64,000 nt of DNA from Azolla caroliniana (Eukaryota > Plantae > Polypodiophyta), in contig JBHGNT010000011.1 of NCBI GenBank assembly GCA_043228905.1, positions 6,572,001 to 6,636,000 of the forward strand. The letters are read 5' to 3'. The stretch's first letter is position 1, and each line of letters starts with the position of its first letter. Below the pieces are notes generated by a model that did not search any database, had not been told where the DNA came from, and saw nothing but the letters and a program-made list of their open reading frames with translations. Below, one piece after another: positions 34,336 through 45,968 of the stretch. A program made the translations under genes and the position numbers.

Positions 34336-34337
34336 TG

Positions 34338-34804
34338 TGTTACTGGCTGGCAAGAAGGCTTAAGGAGGTCCAAATCGGAGTGTGAAAAGGAATAGTTTAT
34401 TCGGGAACTGTTGTAATTAGTAATATTAATATAGATATTAATATATGAGAAGATGTGGATGGATGGACCGGAATCGGTATGCCGATGCGGATCCGGACCG
34501 ATTCCGTAAAGGTGCCGTGCCGGTTGGCACCGTTTTGTAGTTCGCACCGGAGACCTATATAAAAGGCCAGTTATAATGTAATCAGGAGCGGATAATAAAT
34601 AGAGCTTATTGTCTTAATCTTCCAGTGTTGATTACCGTTCTGTATTCATTGTTCTATCTTACGCGTGTTAATTACGGATTGCTAAGTAACCAATTAAGGT
34701 CTAATTAAGCGTTGTACCATAAGTCATTCTGCCGTACCACCCTTTGGTGAAGTGTCTTAAGTGGACACCCTGTGTTAGGTTGTTGTCTGGCCCTAGGATT
34801 AACA
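34338..34804 (+). repeat. 3' LTR of A (467 bp)
   Basis: Aligns with 792-1253; followed by TSD AACAC. Confidence 0.95.
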
Positions 34805-35196
34805 AACACGGGAGAAAACCACGGGAACAGAGCTTCACTACGTATAGTGGATATACAACACAGAATGTTACAACACTCCTTCGAGTGTATCAGCCACGCA
34901 GGGCTCTTGGCATCTGCTGTTACGCATACAACTATGGCGCCACTCTCACTCACTCTCTATCTCACACCCTCACTCACTACTTCTGTCGCGATGTTTGTCC
35001 TAGATGTATATATTCTGATACATAGTATGAACTATTTACAATTGTAGCCACTGTTACATATCATTACTATTATTATTACTATAACAATAATAATAATCTG
35101 TTTAAACAATCGACTCTCTGTTTTCGACTCTTCCACTGTCAACTATTTCCGAACAGTCGGTTCCTCCCACTAGAGGGACATATTCCCAACACTAAG

Positions 35197-35630
35197 TTGG
35201 TTGTGACTCCTTGTTATGCTAGATTTTGTAAATCTTATTCTACTAGTGAAATATACACCTTCTTCTTGAGTATTCTATTTTCCTCTCATTTATCTATCTC
35301 TCATTTATCTATCTCTCATTTATCTCGTCTCTTTTTCTCTTACACATATACGCACATAACGCACTTCTATTCAGCTGCACAAGAATCACCATCGATTCTT
35401 TACACTTCCTCATTAAAAGTTACCCAAATTAGGCTTGCTTCTTGTATCTCTATGATGCGAGAATGGAGGTTCAAAGCTACAAGCCTAACAATGCTTGATA
35501 ACTAGCATGCCACAAGTACATTAACCCTCAAACTTGTTTTACATGACCAATTACCTACATAAATAGTTAGGTTAACTATGTGCTCACAATAGTGATACAA
35601 TATGGGTAGAGTGGGACTTTTAGCCCAATA
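35197..35630. repeat. Remainder of the M 3' LTR abutting the K 3' LTR; junction unresolved
   Basis: Follows TSD CTAAG; CT-rich; right end CCCAATA lies next to the K PPT. Confidence 0.45.
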
Positions 35631-36313
35631 GACTCCCCTCCTATAAGGACTACTTTGTATTTATAGAATGATATGGGGTTATGTCCCCTGGAAGCTTAAA
35701 TTATAATGTAAAGTTAATCTACAATGTATGTTACAGGAGAATCGGCTAGTGACCGAATTGGCTGAGGTAGATTCGGCTTATAGTCGATCGGTTGGTTGCC
35801 GAATCGGTTTTCAGCCATTTGGCCTTCGGCTTCCTTCGTCAGCCGGTACTCGTGTCCCCATTTGTTTCAGTGATCAGCTTCTGGCATCCTTCACCCTTTG
35901 ATAGTCCTTTGTCATTTAAGCTTCCTTGAGTTCAACTACATGTTCAACCATTCAGTTGTTCGACTCCTTCGACTTTGCCAATTCGGCTTGTCTAGCCATG
36001 TCGTTTTTCGACTTACCTTCTACTCCTTCAAATTCGGCGTCGTTCTGTTGTTCTGCTTGCAGTAGTCCCATTTGTCCTCTTAGTGTGCCCTAGCGTTGAC
36101 CTGGGAGTGACTTCGTGAAGTTGTTGGTGATGTTCACCTTGATATCCACTTTCTGGACGTCAAGCTTCTTGTTAGTGACGAGCTCCTGGATATGGTGGTA
36201 CCTCACCTCAATATGCTTTGTCTTAACATGATACACCGAATACCGGATGAGGTGTATTGTGTTCTGAGTGTCACAATGTAGGATTAGCGCTAGATAGCCA
36301 ATTTGGTTGTTAG
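35631..36313 (-). pseudogene. Copia K: RNase H tail, 3' UTR and PPT
   Basis: Minus strand reads LHCDTQNTIHL...HVKTKHIEVRYHHIQELV...FTKSL; PPT AGGAGGGGAGTC at 35631-35642. Confidence 0.8.
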
Positions 36314-36796
36314 TGTTACTGACTAGGTTAACACGGCCTACCCTCAGTCCTTCGGGGTACGGCTCAAGAAGATTGCAGTACAGGGAATGGTGAGCGTAAA
36401 AGGTCTAGACCAATTGCTATGCGTAATCTTTACGCCGCAAGGGTATAGACGAGGGAAGAAGCGTTGTACAGGAAACGGCTATAACTGAGCTCCTTCGTAC
36501 CGTGACGTCGCTCTTTACATGAACATGCTTAATTACCACCTCCACACATACATAAGGTTAGCATAGACACACAGTTCAGAAAGACAACACCACTATATTC
36601 CAAACTTACAAAAATAACTATGCGACCCTTATAGTGTTTCCATGCCCTTTATATATACAGAGCATGGATGGTTACATGCGTTTGTACTTCCTAATGCTTC
36701 CATTATCACGAGGCTACGCTTATCCCCTAGTCCCCCTTTGTTCTTTACATTGTTTCCCACTAGTCCGACTCTGGTAGCCAACACCTGGCATGCCTG

Positions 36797-39700
36797 TGAT
36801 GGAAATAAACGAAACTTTCCAAACTTCACCTCTCGGCCACAACCAAGGAAACACACGAATCGTTGTTGCAGAAAATGGGAAATGCGAAAAATAGAGAGGA
36901 CACACGATTTATCGTGGAAAACCCTGTACGGGAAAAACCACGGGAGTACAAGACTCCGAACCAAAACTATGCACAGAGAAGTATACAATGGCGAGCTGCA
37001 AGGCGACGACCTTGAGTTCGCTGTCCTCGCCATAGGCGGCGGAAATACACAGAGGCGTCGACCTCTTCCTCTCTCTCTCGCGCTCTATCTCTCTCACGGC
37101 TGCTCTCTCTTCACTCCTCTAGAGTGGAAAAACAGAAAAATGAATAGCAACAACAAAACTGTTTGCCCTAAGTCATATTTATACATATATGACTTTGGGG
37201 CTATTTACAACTATAGCCTCAGGGGCCCTTAGCAGACATATTCACGGATATGTCCCTGCATCCGGATCTCTCTCCGGGTACATTCGTCATCCGGCTCCGA
37301 AGTCGGGGTCTTCATCATCCGGTTCCGAAACCGAAACCGGGCTGGTCGGCATTCATCTCTGATATCCGACCATCCCATCCGAAGGGACCATAATCCCAAC
37401 AAACTCCCCCTTCACTTCGGCATGGGATGTCTTTCCAATCCGATCCTCTTCCGGCATACTTCCAGCTTGTCGGGTGTGAGCACCTTGGTCAGCATATCCG
37501 ACCCGTTCTCGTCCGTGTGGATCTTCGTCAGCACGAACTCCTTGTCTTCTATCCTTTCCCGGATCCAGTGATATCTTCGCTGGATGTGCTTCGTCCGGGA
37601 GTGATAGGCCGCGTTCTTCGCAAGGTGGATTGCACTCTGACTGTCGCAGTAGAGTCGGTACTCCTCCTGCCGGATACCGAGCTCTCTAATGAAGTCCTTC
37701 ATCCATATTATTTCTTTGCCGGCTTCAACAGCCGCCATGTACTCCGCCTCCGTGGTTGACAACGCAACCGTCTTCTGCAGCCTCGACTGCCATGAAACAG
37801 CTCCCCCTGCATACGTCATCACATACCCTGATGTGGACCGGCTGGTATCTGCATCAGCCGACATATCCGAATCGGTGAAGCCGTCGAGTTCGGGCTTACC
37901 GGAGCCGAATCGGAGGCACACGTTTGCCGTGCCCTTCAGGTATCGGAGTATCCACTTGGCCGCGTTCCAATGCTCTTTGCCGGGATTGCTCATGTACCGG
38001 CTCACCACTCCGACTGCGTATCCAATGTCCGGTCTTGTACACACCATTGCGTACATCAAGCTTCCGACGGCAGAGGCATATGGCACTTTCATCATGTCCT
38101 CCTTCTCAGCCTTTGTCTTGGGGCTTTGCTTGCTGGACAGCTTGCAGTTTGCCGGGAGGGTCGATCCGACCGGTCTTGCTTCCGACATGTTGAACCGGTG
38201 AAGCACCTTTGTCACGTACTTCTCCTGTGACAGCCACAACTGCTTCTTCTTCCGGTCCCGGATGATATGCATCCCCAGTATTTGCCTCGCCGGACCCAGG
38301 TCCTTCATTGAGAAGGTTCGGTGAAGAGCCTTCTTCAGCATCCGTATCTTGACCTGGTCCCGTCCGACGATCAGCATGTCGTCTATGTACAGGAGGAGTA
38401 TTAGAAAGTCTCCTCCTTCGAACTTCTTCACAAACACGCAGTGGTCGGACTGCGTTTTGAGGTACCCTTCGTCGGTCATGAAGGAGTCGAACTTCCGGTA
38501 CCATTGCCGGGGAGCCTGCTTCAGTCCGTAAAGGCTCTTCTTCAACCGGCATACCAGGTGCTCCTTCCCTTTCTTCTCGAATCCTTCCGGTTGCTGCATG
38601 TAGATCTCTTCTTCGAGGTCACCGTGAAGGAATGCCGTCTTCACGTCCATCTGTTCTACCTCGAGGTCCATGCTTGCCGCTATGCTCAGCACCGTCCGGA
38701 TGGAGGTCATCTTCACTACCGGGGCAAATATCTCGTCGAAGTCGACGCCCTTCTTCTGCTGAAACCCCTTCACCACGATCCTGGCTTTGTATCTCGGGGG
38801 GTTTCCGGCATCTCCCGGTTTCAGCTTGAACACCCACTTGTTTCGAAGTGCCCGCTTTCCTTTCGGCAACTCCACAAGTTCATATGTGTGGTTCTCATGC
38901 AGGGAATCCATCTCGTCCTGCATGGCACTCAACCACCTGCGGCTCTGGGTGTCATGCTTTGCTTCTTCAAAGCTCTCCGGCTCCCCTTCGTCGGTTAGCA
39001 GCACATGCTCTGGTTCCGGAAATCTCCGGGGGGCCCTTCTCTCCCTTAGAGGATATCTCCGTTCCGGAGCTTCGGTAACCGGTTCTTCCGATTCTTCTTC
39101 ATCCGAATCCATTTCGGGATCGGGGCCGGTTCCGGTATCATTTTCATCTTCTTCGGCCGGTTCTGTTTCTTCACCGTCTTCGGCCGGATCCTCGAGTGCT
39201 AACCGGTCCCTTGCCGGTCGGGACTGCTCCTCGTTGAGTTGATCCTCACCGGTCGACTTGGAGCTCTTCATCTTCTTCTCCGACTCCCAGTCGGCGAGTG
39301 TCTTGTCCTCCATGAAGATGATGTCTCGACTCCTGAATATCTTCTTGTCGACCGGGTCCCATACTCGGTAGCCGAACTCATCGTCGCCATAACCGAGGAA
39401 TATGCATGGCCGGGTCTTTGGATCTAGCTTTCCTCTCCGGTCCTTTGCCACATGCACGTATGCGAGACACCCGAACACCTTCAGATGCCGGTAGGATACT
39501 TCCCTACCGGTCCACACTCTCTGCGGCGTGTCTCCGTCCAAAGGTACTGAGGGTGATCTGTTTATCACGTATGTCGCCGTCGACATTGCCTCAGCCCAAA
39601 ACCCCTTGGGTAATTTCGCATGCGCCAGCATACTCCGGACCCTCTCCATTATGGTCCGGTTCATCCTCTCGGCCAGCCCGTTTAGTTCCGGCGTCTTCGG

Positions 39701-42120
39701 CACAGTAAACTCGAGCCGGATTCCCTTCGAGCGACAGTACTCCTGGAACTGCCCCCGGTATTCTCCTCCGTTATCCGCTCGTATCGCTTTCAGCTTCTTG
39801 CCGGATTCCCTTTCCACTCTCGCGTGAAGTTCTTTGAAGACGCACAACACTTGGTCCTTTGTCTTCAACGGTGCCGTCCACAGCTTCCGGCTGTGGTCAT
39901 CAATGAATGTCACGAAGTACTGGGCTCCGCCATGTGACTTCGTTTCTACTTGACACACGTCAGTGTGCACCAGCTCCAATGGTGCGCTACGTCTCGTCGG
40001 TGGCCTTGAGTGGAAGGAGGTCCGGTTTTGCTTACCGGCCAGGCAGTCGGTGCACTTCTCCAGGTGCACATGCTTCACTGGAATAAGGTTGTCTTCTGCA
40101 AGCCTCTTCATCCCCTTCTCACTCATGTGGCACAGTCTTTTGTGCCACAGCTCACCGGCAGTGTCGGCTGCCACATTCAGCTCTTCCGGACATAACCGGG
40201 CATTCATCAGGTACAGTGTGTTGTCTTTCCGGGCCCGAGCCACTATCAGGCTCCCCTTGCTGAACTTCATTACGCCGTTCCGGATGCTACCTGTGTAGCC
40301 TTCATCGTCTAGCCTCCTGGCCGAAATCAGGTTCAATCGAACCTCCGGAACGTGTCGGACATCCTTCAGCAGCATTTTGCATCCGGTCGGGGTTGTCAAC
40401 CACACGTCTCCTATGCCGGCAATCCGGCACGTACCTTCATTTCCCATCCGAACACAGCCATGCTCACCAGCTGTGTAGGATGAGAAGTATCTTCTCTCCG
40501 GGGTCAGGTGGAACGATGCTCCGGAATCGACCACCCAGGTCGTCTCATCGCCGGCAATGTTTAGTTCACCTTCTTCGGTGATGAGCATGATTTCTTCCTC
40601 ACTTGCCGCGAGTGCCGTCGTTCCTTTCCGGTCCTGCCCTCGCCGATCCGAACCTCTCCGGTCCGTGGCTCCCCGGTATGCACCGTTTCTCTCCGGTGAC
40701 TTCTTCGAATCGGTGTCGTCGGCTCCGTTGTCTTTTCGGTAATGCCGACAATTCTTTCGGAAGTGCCCCGGCTTCCCACAGTGGAAGCATGTGGGCCTTC
40801 CTCTTGACTGCGACCGGGTCCCCGACTTCTCCCGTCTTTGCGGACTCCGGTTCCATTGTCTTCCCCGATCCGATTCGGTAAGCAGCGCCTTCGAGTCGGA
40901 GGCCGGTTCTTTGTCTCTCCGACGCGCTTCTTCGTTCAAAATACTTGTCTTTACCGTTTGTAAGGACAAGTTATCTTCGGTGCAGGAGGTGCTGAGAGTC
41001 ACCACCAAGTTCTCCCAGCTTTCCTGCAATGTACACATCAGGATGATGGCTTGCATTGCATCCTCCAACGGGAACTTGATCGCCGCAAGCTGATTCACGA
41101 ATCCCATGAACGTGCTTACGTGTTCCACCATACTCTCGCCATCCCGGTACCTGAGATTCACTATCTTCCTCATCAGGGAGGTCCGGTTCAACGCATTCTT
41201 CCTCTCGTAGAGGCCTGACAGCTTCCGCCACATCTCATATGCGTTGATGTCGTTCGCCACATGTTGTAGAACGCTCACGTCTACGTATTGCCGAATGGTT
41301 GCAACGGCTTTCCGGTTCAGAAGCCTCCATTCCGACTCAAGTACCCCTTTCGGTATTTCCGACCTGTCAATCGGTTCGTACAGGTCCCGAACAATCAGAA
41401 GATCCTCCATCTTGATCTTCCAGTCGGCGTAATTCTGCGCATTCAGCACCATCATCCCCGGCTGCCCGCTGCCGCCGCCTTCCATTTTCTGCAGCAGTTC
41501 GCTCTGATACCAAATTGATGGAAATAAACGAAACTTTCCAAACTTCACCTCTCGGCCACAACCAAGGAAACACACGAATCGTTGTTGCAGAAAATGGGAA
41601 ATGCGAAAAATAGAGAGGACACACGATTTATCGTGGAAAACCCTGTACGGGAAAAACCACGGGAGTACAAGACTCCGAACCAAAACTATGCACAGAGAAG
41701 TATACAATGGCGAGCTGCAAGGCGACGACCTTGAGTTCGCTGTCCTCGCCACAGGCGGCGGAAATACACAGAGGCGTCGACCTCTTCCTCTCTCTCTCGC
41801 GCTCTATCTCTCTCACGGCTGCTCTCTCTTCACTCCTCTAGAGTGGAAAAACAGAAAAATAAATAGCAACAACAAAACTGTTTGCCCTAAGTCATATTTA
41901 TACATATATGACTTTGGGGCTATTTACAACTATAGCCTCAGGGGCCCTTAGCAGACATATTCATGGATATGTCCCTGCATCCGGATCTCTCTCCGGGTAC
42001 ATTCGTCATCCGGCTCCGAAGTCGGGGTCTTCATCATCCGGTTCCGAAACCGAAACCGGGCTGGTCGGCATTCATCTCCGATATCCGACCATTCCATCCG
42101 AAGGGACCGTAATCCCAACA
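36797..42120 (-). mobile_element. Element F: intact Copia, sister of E
   Basis: TSD GCCTG at 36792-36796 and 42121-42125; 605-bp LTRs 36797-37401 and 41516-42120 with about 6 differences; PBS-iMet 41501-41512. Confidence 0.97.
37412..41485 (-). CDS. Copia gag-pol polyprotein of F, 1357 aa
   Basis: Uninterrupted and collinear with E; RT motif YIDD. Confidence 0.96.
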   Translation of the reverse strand: MEGGGSGQPGMMVLNAQNYADWKIKMEDLLIVRDLYEPIDRSEIPKGVLESEWRLLNRKAVATIRQYVDVSVLQHVANDINAYEMWRKLSGLYERKNALNRTSLMRKIVNLRYRDGESMVEHVSTFMGFVNQLAAIKFPLEDAMQAIILMCTLQESWENLVVTLSTSCTEDNLSLQTVKTSILNEEARRRDKEPASDSKALLTESDRGRQWNRSPQRREKSGTRSQSRGRPTCFHCGKPGHFRKNCRHYRKDNGADDTDSKKSPERNGAYRGATDRRGSDRRGQDRKGTTALAASEEEIMLITEEGELNIAGDETTWVVDSGASFHLTPERRYFSSYTAGEHGCVRMGNEGTCRIAGIGDVWLTTPTGCKMLLKDVRHVPEVRLNLISARRLDDEGYTGSIRNGVMKFSKGSLIVARARKDNTLYLMNARLCPEELNVAADTAGELWHKRLCHMSEKGMKRLAEDNLIPVKHVHLEKCTDCLAGKQNRTSFHSRPPTRRSAPLELVHTDVCQVETKSHGGAQYFVTFIDDHSRKLWTAPLKTKDQVLCVFKELHARVERESGKKLKAIRADNGGEYRGQFQEYCRSKGIRLEFTVPKTPELNGLAERMNRTIMERVRSMLAHAKLPKGFWAEAMSTATYVINRSPSVPLDGDTPQRVWTGREVSYRHLKVFGCLAYVHVAKDRRGKLDPKTRPCIFLGYGDDEFGYRVWDPVDKKIFRSRDIIFMEDKTLADWESEKKMKSSKSTGEDQLNEEQSRPARDRLALEDPAEDGEETEPAEEDENDTGTGPDPEMDSDEEESEEPVTEAPERRYPLRERRAPRRFPEPEHVLLTDEGEPESFEEAKHDTQSRRWLSAMQDEMDSLHENHTYELVELPKGKRALRNKWVFKLKPGDAGNPPRYKARIVVKGFQQKKGVDFDEIFAPVVKMTSIRTVLSIAASMDLEVEQMDVKTAFLHGDLEEEIYMQQPEGFEKKGKEHLVCRLKKSLYGLKQAPRQWYRKFDSFMTDEGYLKTQSDHCVFVKKFEGGDFLILLLYIDDMLIVGRDQVKIRMLKKALHRTFSMKDLGPARQILGMHIIRDRKKKQLWLSQEKYVTKVLHRFNMSEARPVGSTLPANCKLSSKQSPKTKAEKEDMMKVPYASAVGSLMYAMVCTRPDIGYAVGVVSRYMSNPGKEHWNAAKWILRYLKGTANVCLRFGSGKPELDGFTDSDMSADADTSRSTSGYVMTYAGGAVSWQSRLQKTVALSTTEAEYMAAVEAGKEIIWMKDFIRELGIRQEEYRLYCDSQSAIHLAKNAAYHSRTKHIQRRYHWIRERIEDKEFVLTKIHTDENGSDMLTKVLTPDKLEVCRKRIGLERHPMPK

Positions 42121-42164
42121 GCCTGTGGGATAGTACCATCGCACGTTGGACCCCACCTGCTTGA

Positions 42165-44570
42165 TTACTGTTCGTAAATAATATCGAGGATATTGGGTTC
42201 TGGTTGGTCCTTGTTGTTCGTTGTGATGGTTGGTGTCGTAGCGTGGTTGGGCTCGGAGTTCTCCGGCTCTGGCTGTGGTCCCCGTGCCGTGTCCTCTTCG
42301 GCATGCACCTGTCCCTACTATTGGTCGGCCGTCACATCCTCCCGTAGTGCCTCCACCATTGGTTCTACCCGTATTTCTTTGTCTGCTCCTGTGGAAGTAT
42401 GGCCGGGCTTGCTTTGTAACGCTGGCGGTTGTGGTGTGAATATGTCCGGTCATGATGCCTCCCAAGGTCCCTTTTCTACGGTAGTTGCCAGGGTGTGGGG
42501 AATTCCATAGGGCGTGGGTGCCGTAGTGACCTCCGGAGCTTCCTCTTGCTGATGCGGACTCTCATGCCGCTCCACAGAGTCACTGTCCGTAAGGATGATG
42601 GCCTCCACCTTTTTCGTCTCCTCCGCTCTTCGTTGTTCGTTGTTGATGTCGTGCAGCTGGCGTAACGTCTCCTCCTGGTTTTCACCAAAATCTTCTAATA
42701 GTTGCACTATTTCCTCAGTGTGGCGGTCATCCAAGGCCTAGTAGTTCCATGTCAGGTGTTCCCGAACCATAGCGATGTTATCCTCATTTAACTTGTAAAA
42801 ACCTTTCCCGTCGTTTCGCCAATTCTCCTAATCCGCCCTTTAAGTGTGGAGTTCTGCTGCTTGTTTCGCCCATCCGGCCCAACCTCTGTCCATGACCGCT
42901 TGGAGTTGGGTTGTAAACTGATCGTTTTGTGTGGAGGAGGGTGCAGATACGTTCCATGTAGAAGTGAGTGCGGGCATGTCTTCTCATGGAGTCCCTCTAG
43001 TCGGCCGATCTCATTGTTGAGGCATATTTCAACATCCCTGGTCTTTTGGCACTCGTGCTCGAGCTGTTCGTTATATCAGGCATGCCTTCTTTGTGCCACT
43101 TTCCTTAACGTTGTGATGGTTCCCTCTTTCTTCCTTCTCTCCTCGTTGAGTGTGTTCAACTCGGCCTTTTTTCGGCAATGTGTGGCTACTTCGGCATCGA
43201 GCTTGTCTTGCAGTGCCTTAACCGCCTTGCGTCCTTTCGCTCGAATGTCCGCTTCCCTGTCTGAAGACTGGCAGAGTTCCAACCTAAGGCGGTCAATCTC
43301 GGATTCAGCCAGTTGAGTAGCCCATTTTGCTTTGGGCCTCACCCTCCTCTCGTAGGCCTACAACTCAGCTGCCTGGGAGGCGGGGATGGGAGTTGTTTGC
43401 GTCGCTCGTGCACCTATTTTGAGCTCCGTAAGTCATTGTTGTGCCTCATCCAACTGCTTCTAGGCTACCTTTATGGTCTTCCATAAATTTTTGATCTTGG
43501 TAGCCATATCTTTGGCGCCAATGATAACCGTCGTTAGTTCCCTATGTACCTCCACTAAGGCTGTATTTAGTGAAGGGAGCTCTATGCCTTTGCAGTGAAT
43601 GCCAACGTTTCTCTTTCTCCCCACCCTTGTTAATGGGTCTTCGTCTTCACTTTCCACTATTTGGTTCAGCGCGTGCTCGATCATTTGGCGTTCGACGGGT
43701 TCCTCAACCATTCGTTGGGACACTTTAATCTGTTGTGTTGCTAGGAACTCCATTAGCTCAAAGTTTGTGTCGAACTCATGAGCCATGTCCGGAATATTTG
43801 GGTTGGCTAAAACTTCGCTCTCCGATGTGAGCACGCCCTTACCTCGTTGTGACTATCCGGTTATTATTGGTCGAGGTTCGGAAATCAACTGTAATGTTGT
43901 GTCAACCGTTGCCGTAGCTGGGTTTACAAGTTGTGGGGCTGTGTCTTTAACAAGCTCATGATCGTCTTTCTGGTCCATCCGTCTTCATTTGGGTCTTGGG
44001 CTCCCGAGTTTCGTCTCTTGCCCGACCTGCAAATTTGTCGATTGCGCTTCGACAGACTGAACCGGGATTGGTTGTTGCTCATCTTCTGGCGGTGAGGTTT
44101 CTGCTTCTCGTAGAGTTTCTTCATCCTCCCATTCTGGTGCCGCGAGTTCAACTAATTTCCGTTTCATTGAACGTGGCGTGGTTATATGGTGGGCCAATTC
44201 TAAGGCGGGAAGGCCATAGGGGGGGATTAGTACTATCAAGTATTGCTGGATGATGGGGCAAAACTTTTTCCCGGCCTGAAATGCATGCAGGCCTTCTCGG
44301 AGCGCTGGCCCTGTGATGACTCCCTAGTCAATGGTCTCACCCTCAAACGTAGCGATGACAATACCCTCTTTCTGCTTCGACATCCCGTAGGCATTGGTAT
44401 GTTTGCACCCTACTTCCAATAAAAACTTCGCCACTTCGCAAAGAATGGGTTAGGTACCTCCCGTGTTCTATATGCTTTTGCTATGGTTGAATATTCCCCG
44501 AAGTATCGTTCGAGAATTCATGTTGGAGGGATTTCAAAGTGACGTTCCTATTTTTACAAGTGGGCCCTAT
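42165..44570 (-). pseudogene. Accessory ORF of H
   Basis: GIVIATFEGETID aligns with A GLIIATYEGVKVD; coiled coil; ends PNILDIIYEQ*. Confidence 0.72.
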
Positions 44571-44589
44571 TAGTGGTCATTCCCCTCCG

Positions 44590-45968
44590 CCTCTGTCAGG
44601 GAAGTGGTCTGATTGTTGGTCTTGGTGCGGAAAGGGTTGGGTGGTGTGGGTCCCCAATACGGCTTTAGTCGGAACCCATTGACCTTCTGGCATAGTACTA
44701 TGCGAATGTCAATGGGTGTGGGTGCCCAACACGAATGTTCTGTTTTCAACTCCTACTCTCCAGTACGGCCTAGTCCACTGGAAACACAATTTTATTCGTT
44801 GACTCTGTGAGACCATTGGCTCGTGTATAATACAGGTGCTTTTCTTATGAACTACGGTGTAATGTTCGGTGAGATCGTGGATGACTATATTCAAAAAATG
44901 GCTTCCTTGATCGGTGATGAGCTCAATAGGACAACCAAAACGGCACCAAATGTGCTCATACAAGAATTTGGCCATGGAAGTCGTGATGTTGTCGCATAAC
45001 GCTTTTGCCTCTACCCATTTTGTACAATAGTGCGTGGCAACTAGGATATATATGTTTCCAGTGCGGGCCGCGGTTGGAGTAAAGGGTTCGACAAAGTCGA
45101 GGCCCATTTCTAGAATGGTTCGAGCGGGAGTACTGGCTGATGGGGCATCCGTGCCAACTCCAAAGGTTGGCCCATACGTTGGCAAAGGTCGCATTCTTTG
45201 CAATATACGTACACATCCCTTTGCGTTGTGGGCCACCACATTCTTGCTTGCCATACCTTCCAGGCCGTTACATCCCCTGCATAGTGCCCCCTTGCTGTGC
45301 CATAGTGAGTCTCTCGAAAGATTGCGTCCTTTTCGTCCCGTCGTACACACCACCGCTAGATGCCCTTATGGTATATAGTATTCCTTCTAAGAGATAGAAG
45401 TTCTGGCTCTTGACCGCCAGTCGTTTCTTTTCATCCGTCCTTAGCTTCGGAGGTGGTAGACATTTATCCTGGGAGTACTTAAGAAGCAAGTCATTTCCAT
45501 CAGTCATTTAATTTGGGGAGTGCTTACCGTCTTTCTCCTCTGTTGTCGTAATATGCAAGATTTCAACGTCCCGAAAGTCGTCGTGCCCTGCGACTGCATC
45601 GTCGCCATTGTCGATCCAACTTGGATAATCTGCCACCGCATGCTGTGTACCTAGCCGATGTTGGATTTTGAACTCAAATTCTTGTAATAACAACATCCAT
45701 CGGGCCAATTTCCTGGTTAGTGATTGTTTAGCGACAAGGTACAATAGTGTGGCGTGATCCACATGAAAAGTGAAATTCCGATCTAATAGATCATGCTGAA
45801 ATTTGTTGATATTGTAGATCATTCCTAAGGCTTCACGCTTGGTTGTCGAATAGTTCCGTTCGGCGTCTATTAACTTGAGACTGGAATAATATACTGGCCG
45901 ATACCAGCTTGGTTCGGTTAGCTACATGAGTGCGCTGCCGATGGCTATGTCGGATGCATCAACAAATA
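44590..45968 (-). pseudogene. pol: RNase H-integrase remnant of H
   Basis: KLARWMLLLQEF, GLDFV, TKWVEA, TDQG; internal deletion near 44790. Confidence 0.88.

Larger units (their letters stand above)
792..34804 (+). mobile_element. Element A: non-chromoviral Ty3/Gypsy (Athila/Phygy-like) with a 3' accessory ORF
   Basis: TSD AACAC at 787-791 and 34805-34809, paired LTRs, gag-PR-RT-RH-INT order, RT motifs FLDGFS.YNQI and FLDD, no chromodomain and no extra RNase H seen. Confidence 0.95.
673..35191 (-). mobile_element. Solo LTR L (about 501 bp, in pieces 673-791 and 34810-35191) split by element A
   Basis: TGTTG...CAACA termini, TSD CTAAG on both sides, no internal domain; Copia-type ACGTGGAAACC...GGGAGAAAACCACGG motif rejoins across A. 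Confidence 0.8.
36314..45968 (-). mobile_element. Element H: 3' part of a decayed A-like Gypsy (3' LTR 36314-36783)
   Basis: TGTTA...CAACA LTR, accessory ORF, integrase and RNase H (VDASDIAIGSALM); cut by I, and its 5' part is not in the window. Confidence 0.85.

Noticed and set aside
41486-41752. N-terminal extension giving the 1446-aa ORF of F (and the 1375-aa ORF of E)
   Set aside because: It runs through the LTR U5 and PBS and is not shared between E and F. The common start is the ATG of MEGG after the PBS.
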